Source of the DNA: a virus
Strand: one strand, 5' to 3'
DNA length: 64,000 nucleotides
IMG/VR virus record: IMGVR_UViG_3300043540_000091
Location: 32,001-96,000 of that record
A program made the translations under genes and the position numbers. This document shows, in pieces, positions 62,255 to 64,000 of this stretch. The notes beneath the pieces were generated by a model that was not told the origin of the DNA, ran no database searches, and saw only the letters and a list, made by a program, of their open reading frames with translations. Numbering within the stretch: position 1 is the first letter of the stretch; the number at the start of each line of letters is the position of its first letter.

Positions 62255-62886
62255 AGACCTTAGGCCTGGATATCAGCTCAACTAAGACTGGGTACGCCGT
62301 CGTAACTGACGGCGTTCTCACGTTACACGGCCTGATCCCTGGCATCAAGCCTGATCGCCCAGGACAGCCGGAAGACTTTACCTTCATAGAACGCGCTCAG
62401 CATATGGCCAACGAGATCTTCAAGGTCATAACTGCTACGTGGCCTGACATGATCTTCATCGAGCAGACGAACCTTGGCAACTCGCGCACGGACCAGAAGC
62501 TTCTAGAGTTTGTCCATTTCGCTGTCCTATCAAAGATCATCGAGCTGAAGCGTCAGGGCAGCACCAGATACGTTGACACATCCCAATGGCGCTCAGTCCT
62601 TCAGATCAAGCTCAACAAAGACCAAAGGCTCAACAACAAGCTCGTCAAGCTTGGCAAGAAGAGAGGAAAGGTTACCTTCAAACACCTCTCTGTGGAATGG
62701 GCCAACTCGACCTATGGCTTACAACTCCTTAAGAAGGATCATGACGTCGCCGACGCTATCGCCCTCGCGACCTATGGCCAGAAGAAGGCCTCCGAACCTA
62801 CCACTGCGGCTCACGACGTAGATAAGATCTTGCGTGATAGCGAACTTGTGGTATCATCAGGACATGAACAAGACGCCAAACAATAA
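62251..62886 (+). CDS. ruvC: RuvC-like Holliday junction resolvase
   Basis: LGLDISSTKTGYAV, IFIEQ, SQWR, HDVADAIALA. Confidence 0.85.
   Translation: MKTLGLDISSTKTGYAVVTDGVLTLHGLIPGIKPDRPGQPEDFTFIERAQHMANEIFKVITATWPDMIFIEQTNLGNSRTDQKLLEFVHFAVLSKIIELKRQGSTRYVDTSQWRSVLQIKLNKDQRLNNKLVKLGKKRGKVTFKHLSVEWANSTYGLQLLKKDHDVADAIALATYGQKKASEPTTAAHDVDKILRDSELVVSSGHEQDAKQ
62849..62857 (+). promoter_or_regulatory. extended -10 promoter TGGTATCAT, 6 nt before ATG (leaderless)
   Basis: TGn-TATCAT-N6-ATG 62864. Confidence 0.5.
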
Positions 62887-63706
62887 CTTCCTTGAAGAAG
62901 AGATCGAGTACGAGGAAGTTCCAGAATCAGAGATCTCTCCCGAGGATGAAGTCCTCGAGGAAATCGAAGAAGAGATCGAAGTTGCCGACAGAGTAGCTCG
63001 CGAGACGATGAAGGCTCTCACCGAAGCTGAATCTCGCATCGAGCAGGCCAATCTGTACAAGGCCGTCCTCAACACGAGTCTGTTCGCCAAGGGTTCAGCC
63101 CGTCCGGAGATCATCAAGAGAGTCGAGAAGGAGTTCAAGGCGTTCGTCATGTATCGCTTGGAAGTTCTGCTCGGCATCAAAGCCGAAGGCGGTGTCTCAG
63201 GCACGTCGCAGCAGTCTGCGGTCGCAGTCAACATGCCGTTCTCTCAGTCTGAAGTCGCCGCTCTCAAGGACATCGCTCGCAAGCTGGTAGCTAAGCAAGC
63301 TCCACCGCCAGCTGTGCAGCAGGCAGCCGTTCCTGTAGTAACTCCCGTCGCAGCTCAGGAACAGGTTCCGGTCGGTCAGGTCGGCGAAGAACAGGAAGAG
63401 GCATACGAAGAGCCTCAACGTCCCGTCCGCATGGTCAAGAGAGTTGTAAAGCGCACCGTCAACGGGCAGCAACAAGCTCCTGCCAAGAAGCCTCGTCGCC
63501 CACGTTCCAACAACGTCAGTGAAGTTACCGGCCAAGATCTCTCTCAGGCGAGAAGCGAAGCTCGTCCACCGGTACCAATGCCTTCTGCATCGATGATGAA
63601 CGCCATGAACGCTGATCTTGCTGAAAAGAACGCCCGTGGCGGCGTTGCTGCCACGCAAGGCGCTCTGACTGGGCATCTTAAAACCTTAATTAACGGAAAC
63701 GGATAG
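62864..63706 (+). CDS. hypothetical protein with acidic N-terminus
   Basis: In-frame ATG 62864 in ORF 62834..63706. Confidence 0.7.
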   Translation: MNKTPNNNFLEEEIEYEEVPESEISPEDEVLEEIEEEIEVADRVARETMKALTEAESRIEQANLYKAVLNTSLFAKGSARPEIIKRVEKEFKAFVMYRLEVLLGIKAEGGVSGTSQQSAVAVNMPFSQSEVAALKDIARKLVAKQAPPPAVQQAAVPVVTPVAAQEQVPVGQVGEEQEEAYEEPQRPVRMVKRVVKRTVNGQQQAPAKKPRRPRSNNVSEVTGQDLSQARSEARPPVPMPSASMMNAMNADLAEKNARGGVAATQGALTGHLKTLINGNG

Positions 63707-63714
63707 GAGAATAA

Positions 63715-64000
63715 ATGAACGCACTGAACAAGATCGCAGAGATGGAAGCAAAGCTGGCCGCCCTCGAGAAGATCGCCATGGGCATGCCGAAGATGGTTCA
63801 AGACTTCCAACGTCTTTCCGACGACGTGAAGCAGATCACGAAGGCCTGCGAGAACCTGATCACGGTCATCAACAAGCGGACCGGAGATCTTGCTCAGGTG
63901 GACAACATCATAATCACCCGACAGATGGCGCTCGAGCAGTCGCTCGCGTCGCTCTCAAAAACCGCCGCTGCGATGGTAGCAGAGTTGTCCGAGACTAAAG
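63715..64000 (+). CDS. hypothetical coiled-coil protein (truncated by window edge)
   Basis: AGGAG RBS, ATG 63715, open to the end of the window. Confidence 0.65.
   Translation, partial: MNALNKIAEMEAKLAALEKIAMGMPKMVQDFQRLSDDVKQITKACENLITVINKRTGDLAQVDNIIITRQMALEQSLASLSKTAAAMVAELSETK

Noticed and set aside
1-64000. Stop-codon reassignment as in some large phages
   Set aside because: Genes are long, densely packed and coupled under code 11; TAA, TAG and TGA all serve as stops.
1-64000. Assignment of a specific host taxon
   Set aside because: Envelope proteins suggest a diderm host, but nothing in the window identifies the lineage without a database search.

Overview
This 64-kb window is an internal piece of a large contractile-tailed (myovirus-like, probably jumbo-size) bacteriophage genome in the standard genetic code. 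No host housekeeping genes, rRNA or CRISPR array are visible. Layout: (i) 1-3.6 kb, plus-strand accessory genes (tRNA-like element, UDG-like protein, Rrf2 regulator, collagen-like lipoprotein, secreted protein). (ii) 3.6-50 kb, a minus-strand virion region: terminase, portal, MuF, GIY-YIG endonuclease, prohead protease, 2170-aa protein, scaffold, SPO1/Herelleviridae-type major capsid, neck/tail-completion genes, sheath and tube. It is interrupted at 23-30 kb by a block of non-structural genes (CYTH, DNA ligase, DEDDh exonuclease, DUF932). (iii) 50-64 kb, replication/expression genes: SbcD, GroES-like protein, sigma factor, SF2 helicase, wHTH initiator plus iteron origin, DnaB-like helicase, GroEL, plant TAA1/alliinase-like aminotransferase, SbcC, RuvC. 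The most striking pattern is a set of late multi-domain proteins whose effector-like domains (Nudix, GNAT, degenerate 2H phosphoesterase, ART-like, HEXXH, DUF3293-like, two PI3/4K-HipA-like kinases, lytic transglycosylase, degenerate mCpol) are separated by the same hydrophobic-x-K-[S/A] motif seen in scaffold, capsid and portal. This suggests head-packaged cargo polyproteins processed by the prohead protease. An 8-copy CCTAATCT putative late promoter pairs with a phage sigma factor lacking region 4.2. All family assignments are motif recognition by eye; no database search was run.
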